Shown: one piece after another, positions 1 to 12,100 of the stretch
Layout of the letters: every line of letters starts with the position of its first letter
How positions within the stretch are numbered: the first letter of the stretch is position 1
Assembly (NCBI RefSeq): GCF_009914755.1
Contig: NC_060939.1
Reading direction: 5' to 3' (one strand)
From: the human T2T-CHM13v2.0 reference genome, Homo sapiens
Length of the DNA stretch: 64,000 bases
Notes under the pieces: model-generated
What the model was told of the DNA's origin: nothing
Seen by the model: the letters and a program-made list of their open reading frames with translations, nothing else
Databases searched by the model: none
Translations under genes and position numbers: made by a program

Positions 1-95
1 TCCATTCAATTTGATTCCATTCCTTTTGATTCCATTCCATTCTATTCCATTCCATACAGTTGCATTCCATTGGATTCCATTCTATATCTATAAAT

Positions 96-3000
96 TCAAT
101 TCGAGACCATTGCTTTTGAGTCCATTCTATATGATTCCATTCCATTCAAGTCCATTACATTTGGTTCAATTCCATTCCATTCCATTCCCTTCCATTCCAT
201 TCCATTTGATATCAATCTATTCGATTCCATTCCATTCGAGCACATTCCATTCGAGTCCATTCCATTCGATGCCATTCCATTTGATTCTATTCCATTAGTC
301 TCCATTCAATTCCACTAATCTCCATTCCATTCCATTCTACTCCAACTGATTCCATTCCATTCTATTCCTTTCCATTCCATTCCATTCCATTCGCTTCCAT
401 TCCATTCGTGTCCATTCCACTCCAGTCCATTCCATTCGTGTCCATTCCATTCCAGTCCATTCCATTTGTGTCCACTGAATTCCATTCCACTCCATTCCAT
501 ATTATTCCCTTACACTCCATTCCATTCTATTACTTTCATTTCCATTCAATTCCATTCCATTTGATTCCATTCCACTCGGTTTCATTCCATTTGAGTCCAT
601 TCCATTCCATTCCATTCCATGCCATGCCATTCCATTCCATTCCATTCCATTCCATTCCATTCCATTCTGTACCATTCCATATTGTTCCATTCGATTCCAT
701 TCGAATCCATTCCATTTCAGTCCATTCCATTCGATTCCATTCCATTACTTTCTATTCCATTCCTTTCAATTCCATTGCATTCCATTCCATTCCACTTGAT
801 TCCACTCCATTCCCTTCCACTGCATTCCATTCGATTCCATTCCATTGCATTGCATTCCATTCCATTGGATTGCATTCCATTCGAATCCATTCCATTCCAA
901 TCAATTACATAGCAATCCATGACATTCGAGTCTATTCTATTCCGTTCCATTCGATTTCGTTCCAATCCATTCGATTCCATTCCATTCGATTCCATTCCAT
1001 ACTATTGCATTCCTTTCCATTAAATTATATTCGAATAAATTCCATTCAAGACCATTTCTGTTGAGTCCATTCTACTTGAGTCCATTCCCTTTGATCCGAT
1101 AACATTTGAGTCCATTCAATTCCATTCCTTTCGTTTCCATTCCATTTGATGCCATTCCATTCAATTCTGTTCTACTCGACTCCAATACATTCAATTCCAT
1201 TCCATCCGATTCCATTACATTCTTTTCATTTCTTATCCATTTCAAGCCATTCCATTCCATTCCATTCCATTCCACTCGTTTCCTTTCCGTTCGAGTCCAT
1301 TCCACTCCAGTCCATTCCATTCGAATCCATTTCACTCCAGTCCATTCCATTCGAATCCATTTCACTCCAGTCCATTAAATTCGAGTACATTCCATTCCAT
1401 TCTATTCAATGCCATTCCATTCGATTCTATTCCATTCGACACCATTCCTTTCCATTCCGTTCCATCCGATTCCATTCCATTGTATTCCATTCAATTCCAT
1501 TCCATTGCATTCCATTCCATTCCAATCGTTTCCATTCCATTCGAATTCATTCCACTCAAGTCCATTCCATTCGAGTCCATTCCATTCCAGTCCATTCCAA
1601 CAGAGTCCATTGCTTTCCATTCCATTCGATATCTTCCCATTACAGTCCATTCCATTCTATTCCTTTGGTTCCCATTCAATTAAATTCCATTGGATTACAT
1701 TTCATTCGATTCCATTCCATTCGACTCCATTCCATTCGAGTCCATTCCATTCCAGTCCATTCCATTCGATTCCATTCCATTCGATTCCATTCCACTCATT
1801 TCCACTCCGTTGCATTCCATTGCATTCCATTCCATTCCATTGGATTACATTCCATTCGATTCCATTCCATTCGAATCAATTGCATTGCAATGCATTACAT
1901 TCATGCCCTTTCTATTAAAGTCCAATCCATTATGGTCCATTCCATTCAATTCCATTCTATTCCATTCCATTCGAATCAATTACATTGCAATCCATCACAT
2001 TCGAGTACGTTCTGTTCCAGTCCATTCAGTTCTGGTCTATTCCATTCAATTCCATTCCCTTTGATTCCATTCCATTTTTGTACATTCCATTGGATTCCAT
2101 CTTATTGAAATAAGTTCTATTCGAGACCATTTCTTCGAGTCCAATCAATTTGAGTCCATTCCATTCGAGTCCATTACATCTGGGTCTATTCCATTCCATC
2201 CCATTCCGTTCGATGCCATTCAATTTGATTCTTTTCCATTCGTCTCCATTCCTTTCCATTCAGTTCCGTTGGATTCCATTCCATTCTATTCCTTTCCATT
2301 TCATTGCATTCCATTCCATTCCCCTGGAGACCATTCCACTTCAGTGCATTCCATTCCAGTGTATTCCATTCCATTCCATTCTATTCCATTCCATTCGATA
2401 TCTTTCCATTACACTCCATTCCATTGTATTCCTTTACAGTCCATTCAATTCCATTCTATTTGATTCCATTCAATTCAATTCCATTACATTCGACTCCATT
2501 TCATTAGTGTCCATTGCAATCCATTCCTTTCCATTTCTTTATGTTCTATTCCATTCCGTTCGATTCCTTTTTATTCCAGTCCATTCCATTCGAGTCCATT
2601 GCATTCCAGTGCAATTCATTTGATTCCACTCCATTCGATTCCATTCCACTCAATTCCACTCCGTTCCATTCCTTTGCGTTCCTTTCTATTCCATTGCATT
2701 GCATTGCATTCCATTCCATTCCATTCCATTCCATTCCATTCCATTTGTTTACATTCCATTGAATTCCAATCCAGTTGAATCAATTACATTGCAGTCCATT
2801 ACATTCGAGTCTGTTCTATCCCAGTTCATTCGATTCTGGTACATTCCATTCGATTCCATTCCATTCGATACCATTCCATACTATTGCAGTCCATTCCATT
2901 CCATTGTTTTCGAAAAAATTCCAATTGAGACCATTCCTTTCGTGTCCATTCTATTTGACTCCATTCCATTTGAGTCCATTAAATTTGTGCACATTCCATT

Positions 3001-4343
3001 CCTTTCCATTCCATTCCATTCGGTGCCATTCCATTCCACTCTATTCCATTCAAGTCCATTCCATTTGAGTCCATTCCATTCCATTCGATGCCATTACATT
3101 CAATTCTATTCCATTCGACTCCATTCCATTCCATTCCCTTCCAAACGATTCCATTCCATTCTATTACTTTCTATTCCAATCCATTCCATTCCGTTCCATT
3201 CGTTTCCATTCCATTCGAGTCCACTCCACTCCAGGCCATTCCATTCGAGTCCATTCCATTCCAGTCCATTCCATTCAAGTCCATTCCACTCCATTCCATT
3301 CCATTCGATACCTTTCGATAACACGCCATTCCATTCTTTTCCTTACAATTCAATTCAATTCCATTCCATTTGAGTCCATTCTATTTGAGTCCATTCCATT
3401 TGAGTCCATTACATTTGGGTCCATTCCATTCAATTCCATTGCAATCCATTCCATTCGATGTCACCCCATTCATTTCTATTCCATTAGAGTCCATGTCATT
3501 CGAGTCCATTCCATTCTATTCCATTCCACTCCATTCCATTCCATTCCACTCCATTCCATTCGTTGCAGTTCCGTTCAATTCTATTATATTCCACTCCATT
3601 TAATTCCATTCCATTCCATTCCATTCCATTCCATTCTATCCAATTCCGTTCCATTCTATTCCTTTAAAGTCCATTCCATTCCATTCCATTCATTTCCATT
3701 CCATTCGAGTAAAGTCCACTCCAGTCCTTTCCATTCGAGTCCATTCCTCTCCAGTCCATTCCGTTCAATCCATTCCATTCCAGTCCATTCCATTCGAGTC
3801 CGTTCCATTCCAGTCCGTTCCATTCGAGTCAATTCCATTCCATTTGATATCTTTCCATAACGATCCATTCCATTCTATTCCTTTCAATTCCATTCCATTC
3901 CATTCCATTCCATTTCATTCCATTCGATTCCCTTCCTTTGGACTCCTTTCCATTCGAGTGCATTCCATTCCGTTCCATTTCTTTCTGTTCTGTATGATTC
4001 CTACTGTTCGATTTCATTTTGTTACAGTCTATTCCTTTCACGTTCATTCCATTCCATTTCACTCCATTCGATTCCATTCCACTCGATTCCACTCCGTTCC
4101 ATTTCACTTCATTCCATTCTATTCAATTCTATTGCATTCCATTCCATTCCATTTGATTACATTCCATGCGATTCCATTCGAATTCGAATCAATTACATTG
4201 CAATCCATTACTATTGAGTCCGTTTTATTCCAGTCCACTCCATTCTGGTCCATTCAATTTGATTCCATTCCTTTTGATTCCATTCCATTCTATTCCATTC
4301 CATACAGTTGCATTCCATTGGATTCCATTCTATATCTTTAAAT
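96..4343 (+). repeat. Higher-order unit U1, 4248 bp (deletion variant, ~563 bp missing at ~3370)
   Basis: Landmark TATATCT(A/T)TAAATTCAATTCGAGACCATTGCTTTTGAG recurs at ~82 and ~4331. The offset to U2 changes from 4293 (3088/7381) to 4856 (3656/8512). Confidence 0.88.
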
Positions 4344-7300
4344 TCAATTCGAGACCATTGCTTTTGAGTCCATTCTATATGATTCCATTCCATTCAAGTC
4401 CATTACATTTGGTTCAATTCCATTCCATTCCATTCCCTTCCATTCCATTCCATTTGATATCAATCCATTCGATTCCATTCCATTCGAGCACATTCCATTC
4501 GAGTCCATTCCATTCGATGCCATTCCATTTGATTCTATTCCATTAGTCTCCATTCAATTCCACTAATCTCCATTCCATTCCATTCTACTCCAACTGATTC
4601 CATTCCATTCTATTCCTTTCCATTCCATTCCATTCCATTCGCTTCCATTCCATTCGTGTCCATTCCACTCCAGTCCATTCCATTCGTGTCCATTCCATTC
4701 CAATCCATTCCATTTGTGTCCACTGAATTCCATTCCACTCCATTCCATATTATTCCCTTACACTCCATTCCATTCTATTACTTTCATTTCCATTCAATTC
4801 CATTCCATTTGATTCCATTCCACTCGGTTTCATTCCATTTGAGTCCATTCCATTCCATTCCATTCCATGCCATGCCATTCCATTCCATTCCATTCCATTC
4901 CATTCCATTCCATTCTGTACCATTCCATATTGTTCCATTCGATTCCATTCGAATCCATTCCATTCCAGTTCATTCCATTCGATTCCATTCCATTACTTTC
5001 TATTCCATTCCTTTCAATTCCATTGCATTCCATTCCATTCCACTTGATTCCACTCCATTCCCTTCCACTGCATTCCATTCGATTCCATTCCATTGCATTG
5101 CATTCCATTCCATTGGATTGCATTCCATTCGAATCCATTCCATTCCAATCAATTACATAGCAATCCATGACATTCGAGTCTATTCTATTCCGTTCCATTC
5201 GATTTCGTTCCAATCCATTCGATTCCATTCCATTCGATTCCATTCCATACTATTGCATTCCTTTCCATTAAATTATATTCGAATAAATTCCATTCAAGAC
5301 CATTTCTGTTGAGTCCATTCTACTTGAGTCCATTCCCTTTGATCCGATAACATTTGAGTCCATTCAATTCCATTCCTTTCGTTTCCATTCCATTTGATGC
5401 CATTCCATTCAATTCTGTTCTACTCGACTCCAATACATTCAATTCCATTCCATCCGATTCCATTACATTCTTTTCATTTCTTATCCATTTCAAGCCATTC
5501 CATTCCATTCCATTCCATTCCACTCGTTTCCTTTCCATTCGAGTCCATTCCACTCCAGTCCATTCCATTCGAATCCATTTCACTCCAGTCCATTCCATTC
5601 GAATCCATTTCACTCCAGTCCATTAAATTCGAGTACATTCCATTCCATTCTATTCAATGCCATTCCATTCGATTCTATTCCATTCGACACCATTCCTTTC
5701 CATTCCGTTCCATCCGATTCCATTCCATTGTATTCCATTCAATTCCATTCCATTGCATTCCATTCCATTCCAATCGTTTCCATTCCATTCGAATTCATTC
5801 CACTCAAGTCCATTCCATTCGAGTCCATTCCATTCCAGTCCATTCCAACAGAGTCCATTGCTTTCCATTCCATTCGATATCTTCCCATTACAGTCCATTC
5901 CATTCTATTCCTTTGGTTCCCATTCAATTAAATTTCATTGGATTACATTTCATTCGATTCCATTCCATTCGACTCCATTCCATTCGACTCCATTCCATTC
6001 GAGTCCATTCCATTCCAGTCCATTCCATTCGATTCCATTCCATTCGATTCCATTCCACTCATTTCCACTCCGTTGCATTCCATTGCATTCCATTCCATTC
6101 CATTGGATTACATTCCATTCGATTCCATTCCATTCGAATCAATTGCATTGCAATGCATTACATTCATGCCCTTTCTATTAAAGTCCAATCCATTATGGTC
6201 CATTCCATTCAATTCCATTCTATTCCATTCCATTCGAATCAATTACATTGCAATCCATCACATTCGAGTACGTTCTGTTCCAGTCCATTCAGTTCTGGTC
6301 TATTCCATTCAATTCCATTCCCTTTGATTCCATTCCATTTTTGTACATTCCATTGGATTCCATCTTATTGAAATAAGTTCTATTCGAGACCATTTCTTCG
6401 AGTCCAATCAATTTGAGTCCATTCCATTCGAGTCCATTACATCTGGGTCTATTCCATTCCATCCCATTCCGTTCGATGCCATTCAATTTGATTCTTTTCC
6501 ATTCGTCTCCATTCCTTTCCATTCAGTTCCGTTGGATTCCATTCCATTCTATTCCTTTCCATTTCATTGCATTCCATTCCATTCCCCTGGAGACCATTCC
6601 ACTTCAGTGCATTCCATTCCAGTGTATTCCATTCCATTCCATTCTATTCCATTCCATTCGATATCTTTCCATTACACTCCATTCCATTGTATTCCTTTAC
6701 AGTCCATTCAATTCCATTCTATTTGATTCCATTCAATTCAATTCCATTACATTCGACTCCATTTCATTAGTGTCCATTGCAATCCATTCCTTTCCATTTC
6801 TTTATGTTCTATTCCATTCCGTTCGATTCCTTTTTATTCCAGTCCATTCCATTCGAGTCCATTGCATTCCAGTGCAATTCATTTGATTCCACTCCATTCG
6901 ATTCCATTCCACTCAATTCCACTCCGTTCCATTCCTTTGCGTTCCTTTCTATTCCATTCCATTGCATTGCATTCCATTCCATTCCATTCCATTCCATTCC
7001 ATTCCATTCCATTCCATTCCATTCCATTCCATTCCATTTGTTTACATTCCATTGAATTCCAATCCAGTTGAATCAATTACATTGCAGTCCATTACATTCG
7101 AGTCTGTTCTATCCCAGTTCATTCGATTCTGGTGCATTCCATTCGATTCCATTCCATTCGATACCATTCCATACTATTGCAGTCCATTCCATTCCATTGT
7201 TTTCGAAAAAATTCCAATTGAGACCATTCCTTTCGTGTCCATTCTATTTGACTCCATTCCATTTGAGTCCATTAAATTTGTGCACATTCCATTCCTTTCC

Positions 7301-9199
7301 ATTCCATTCCATTCGGTGCCATTCCATTCCACTCTATTCCATTCAAGTCCATTCCATTTGAGTCCATTCCATTCCATTCGATGCCATTACATTCAATTCT
7401 ATTCCATTCGACTCCATTCCATTCCATTCCCTTCCAAACGATTCCATTCCATTCTATTACTTTCTATTCCAATCCATTCCATTCCGTTCCATTCGTTTCC
7501 ATTCCATTCGAGTCCACTCCGCTCCAGTCCATTCCATTCGAGTCCATTCCATTCCAGTCCATTCCATTCAAGTCCATTCCACTCCATTCCATTCCATTCG
7601 ATATCTTTCGATAACACCACATTCCATTCTGTTCCTTACAATTCAATTCAATTCCATTCCATTTGATTCCATTCCATTTGATTCCATTCCATTCGACTCC
7701 ATTCCATTCGACTCTATTCCATTCAAGTCCATTCCATTCCATTCCATTGCATTCCGTTCGAATCCCTATTCCATTCCATTTCGTTCCAGTCCATTCCATT
7801 TGAGTCCATTCCATGCCAATCCATTCCATTCGATTCCATTCCAATTGATTCCATTGCACTCGAATCCAGTGCGTTCCATTCCATTGCTTTCCATTCTATT
7901 ACATTCCATTGCATTACATTCCATTCCATTTGATTCCATTCCATTCCATTCCATTAATTTCGAATCAATTACATTGCAATCCATTGCATTCGAGTTCTAT
8001 TCCAGTCCATTGCATTCCGGCGCATTCCGTTCCATTCCATTCCATTCGATTCCATTCCATTCGAATCCATTGCATTGCAATGCTTTACATTCGAGTCCGT
8101 TTTATTCCAGTCCAATCCATTCCGGTCCATTCCGTTCGATTCCATTCCATTCGATGCCACTCCATACTATTGTATTTCATTCGATTCCATTCTATTCAAA
8201 TACATTCCATACGAGACCATTCGTTTCGAGTCCATTCTATTTGAGTCCATTCCATTTGAGTCCATTACATTTGGGTCCATTCCATTCAATTCCATTGCAA
8301 TCCATTCCATTCGATGTCACCCCATTCATTTCTATTCCATTAGAGTCCATGTCATTCGAGTCCATTCCATTCTATTCCATTCCACTCCATTCCGTTCCAT
8401 TCCACTCCATTCCAATCGTTGCCGTTCCATTCAATTCTATTATATTCCACTCCATTTAATTCCATTCCATTCCATTCCATTCCATTCCATTCTATCCAAT
8501 TCCGTTCCATTCTATTCCTTTAAAGTCCATTCCATTCCATTCCATTCATTTCCATTCCATTCGAGTAAAGTCCACTCCAGTCCTTTCCATTCGAGTCCAT
8601 TCCTCTGCAGTCCATTCCGTTCAATCCATTCCATTCCAGTCCATTCCATTCGAGTCCGTTCCATTCCAGTCCGTTCCATTCGAGTCAATTCCATTCCATT
8701 TGATATCTTTCCATAACGATCCATTCCATTCTATTCCTTTCAATTCCATTCCATTCCATTCCATTCCATTTCATTCCATTCGATTCCCTTCCATTGGACT
8801 CCTTTCCTTTCGAGTGCATTCCATTCCGTTCCATTTCTTTCTGTTCTGTATGATTCCTACTGTTCGATTTCATTTTGTTCCAGTCTATTCCTTTCACGTT
8901 CATTCCATTCCATTTCACTCCATTCGATTCCATTCCACTCGATTCCACTCCGTTCCATTTCACTGCATTCCATTCTATTCAATTCTATTGCATTCCATTC
9001 CATTCCATTTGATTACATTCCATGCGATTCCATTCAAATTCGAATCAATTACATTGCAATCCATTACTATTGAGTCCGTTTTATTCCAATCCACTCCATT
9101 CTTGTCCATTCAATTTGATTCCATTCCTTGTGATTCCATTCCATTCTATTCCATTCCATACAGTTGCATTCCATTGGATTCCATTCTATATCTATAAAT
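4344..9199 (+). repeat. Higher-order unit U2, 4856 bp (full length, five sub-monomers)
   Basis: Landmark ORF recurs at 4344 and 9200. Five (G/A)AGACC-module copies at 4351, 5296, 6386, 7220 and 8213. Confidence 0.9.
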
Positions 9200-12100
9200 T
9201 CAATACGAGACCATTGCTTTTGAGTCCATTCTATATGATTCCATTCCATTCAAGTCCATTACATTTGGTTCAATTCCATTCCATTCCATTCCCTTCCATT
9301 CCATTCTATTTGATATCAATCCATTCGATTCCATTCCATTCGAGCACATTCCATTCGAGTCCATTCCATTCGATGCCATTCCATTTGATTCTATTCCATT
9401 AGTCTCCATTCAATTCCACTAATCTCCATTCCATTCCATTCTACTCCAACTGATTCCATTCCATTCTATTCCTTTCCATTCCATTCCATTCCATTCGCTT
9501 CCATTCCATTCGTGTCCATTCCACTCCAGTCCATTCCATTCGTGTCCATTCCATTCCAGTCCATTCCATTTGTGTCCACTGAATTCCATTCCACTCCATT
9601 CCATATTATTCCCTTACACTCCATTCCATTCTATTACTTTCATTTCCATTCAATTCCATTCCATTTGATTCCATTCCACTCGGTTTCATTCCTTTTGAGT
9701 CCATTCCATTCCATTCCATTCCATGCCATGCCATTCCATTCCATTCCATTCCATTCCATTCCATTCCATTCTGTACCATTCCATATTGTTCCATTCGATT
9801 CCATTCGAATCCATTCCATTCCAGTCCATTCCATTCGATTCCATTCCATTACTTTCTATTCCATTCCTTTCAATTCCATTGCATTCCATTCCATTCCACT
9901 TGATTCCACTCCATTCCCTTCCACTGCATTCCATTCGATTCCATTCCATTGCATTGCATTCCATTCCATTGGATTGCATTCCATTCGAATCCATTCCATT
10001 CCATTCAATTACATAGCAATCCATGACATTCGAGTCTATTCTATTCCGTTCCATTCGATTTCGTTCCAATCCATTCGATTCCATTCCATTCGATTCCATT
10101 CCATACTATTGCATTCCTTTCGATTAAATTATATTCGAATAAATTCCATTCAAGACCATTTCTGTTGAGTCCATTCTACTTGAGTCCATTCCCTTTGATC
10201 CGATAACATTTGAGTCCATTCAATTCCATTCCTTTCGTTTCCATTCCATTTGATGCCATTCCATTCAATTCTGTTCTACTCGACTCCAGTACATTCAATT
10301 CCATTCCATCCGATTCCATTACATTCTTTTCATTTCTTATCCATTTCAAGCCATTCCATTCCATTCCATTCCATTCCACTCGTTTCCTTTCCGTTCGAGT
10401 CCATTCCACTCCAGTCCATTCCATTCGAATCCATTTCACTCCAGTCCATTCCATTCGAATGCATTTCACTCCAGTCCATTAAATTCGAGTACATTCCATT
10501 CCGTTCTATTCAATGCCATTCCATTCGATTCTATTCCATTCGACACCATTCCTTTCCATTCCGTTCCATCCGATTCCATTCCATTGTATTCCATTCAATT
10601 CCATTCCATTGCATTCCATTCCATTCCAATCGTTTCCATTCCATTCGAATTCATTCCACTCAAGTCCATTCCATTCGAGTCCATTCCATTCCAGTCCATT
10701 CAAACAGAGTCCATTGCTTTCCATTCCATTCGATATCTTCCCATTACAGTCCATTCCATTCTATTCCTTTGGTTCCCATTCAATTAAATTCCATTGGATT
10801 ACATTTCATTCGATTCCATTCCATTCGACTCCATTCCATTCGAGTCCATTCCATTCCAGTCCATTCCATTCGATTCCATTCCACTCATTTCCACTCCGTT
10901 GCATTCCATTGCATTCCATTCCATTCCATTGGATTACATTCCATTCGATTCCATGCCATTCGAATCAATTGCATTGCAATCCATTACATTCATGCCCTTT
11001 CTATTAAAGTCCAATCCATTATGGTCCATTCCATTCAATTCCATTCTATTCCATTCCATTCGAATCAATTACATTGCAATCCATCACATTCGAGTACGTT
11101 CTGTTCCAGTCCATTCAGTTCTGGTCTATTCCATTCAATTCCATTCCCTTTGATTCCATTCCATTTTTGTACATTCCATTGGATTCCATCTTATTGAAAT
11201 AAGTTCTATTCGAGACCATTTCTTCGAGTCCAATCAATTTGCGTCCATTCCATTCGAGTCCATTACATCTGGGTCTATTCCATTCCATCCCATTCCGTTC
11301 GATGCCATTCAATTTGATTCTTTTCCATTCGTCTCCATTCCTTTCCATTCAGTTCCACCGGATTCCATTCCATTCTATTCCTTTCCATTTCATTGCATTC
11401 CATTCCATTCCCCTGGAGAGCATTCCACTTCAGTGCATTCCATTCCAGTGTATTCCATTCCATTCCATTCTATTCCATTCCATTCGATATCTTTCCATTA
11501 CACTCCATTCCATTGTATTCCTTTACAGTCCATTCATTCCATTCTATTTGATTCCATTCAATTCAATTCCATTACATTCGACTCCATTTCATTAGTGTCC
11601 ATTGCAATCCATTCCTTTCCATTTCTTTATGTTCTATTCCATTCCGTTCGATTCCTTCTTATTCCAGTCCATTCCATTCGAGTCCATTGCATTCCAGTGC
11701 AATTCATTTGATTCCACTCCATTCGATTCCATTCCACTCAATTCCACTCCGTTCCATTCCTTTGCGTTCCTTTCTATTCCATTCCATTGCATTCCATTCC
11801 ATTGCATTCCATTCCATTCCATTCCATTTGTTTACATTCCATTGAATTCCAATCCAGTTGAATCAATTTCATTGCAGTCCATTACATTCGAGTCTGTTCT
11901 ATCCCAGTTCATTCGATTCTGTTGCATTCCATTCGATTCCATTCCATTCGATACCATTCCATACTATTGCAGTCCATTCCATTCCATTGTTTTCGAAACA
12001 ATTCCAATTGAGACCATTCCTTTCGTGTCCATTCTATTTGACTCCATTCCATTTGAGTCCATTAAATTTGTGCACATTCCATTCCTTTCCATTCCATTCC

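Noticed and set aside
1020-1050. AT-rich TTAAATTATATTCGAATAAA / TATAAA motifs as promoter or poly(A) signals
   Set aside because: They fit the pentamer register as mutated CCATT units within the repeated module, with no independent evidence of function. Canonical multi-unit heat-shock elements were not evident either.
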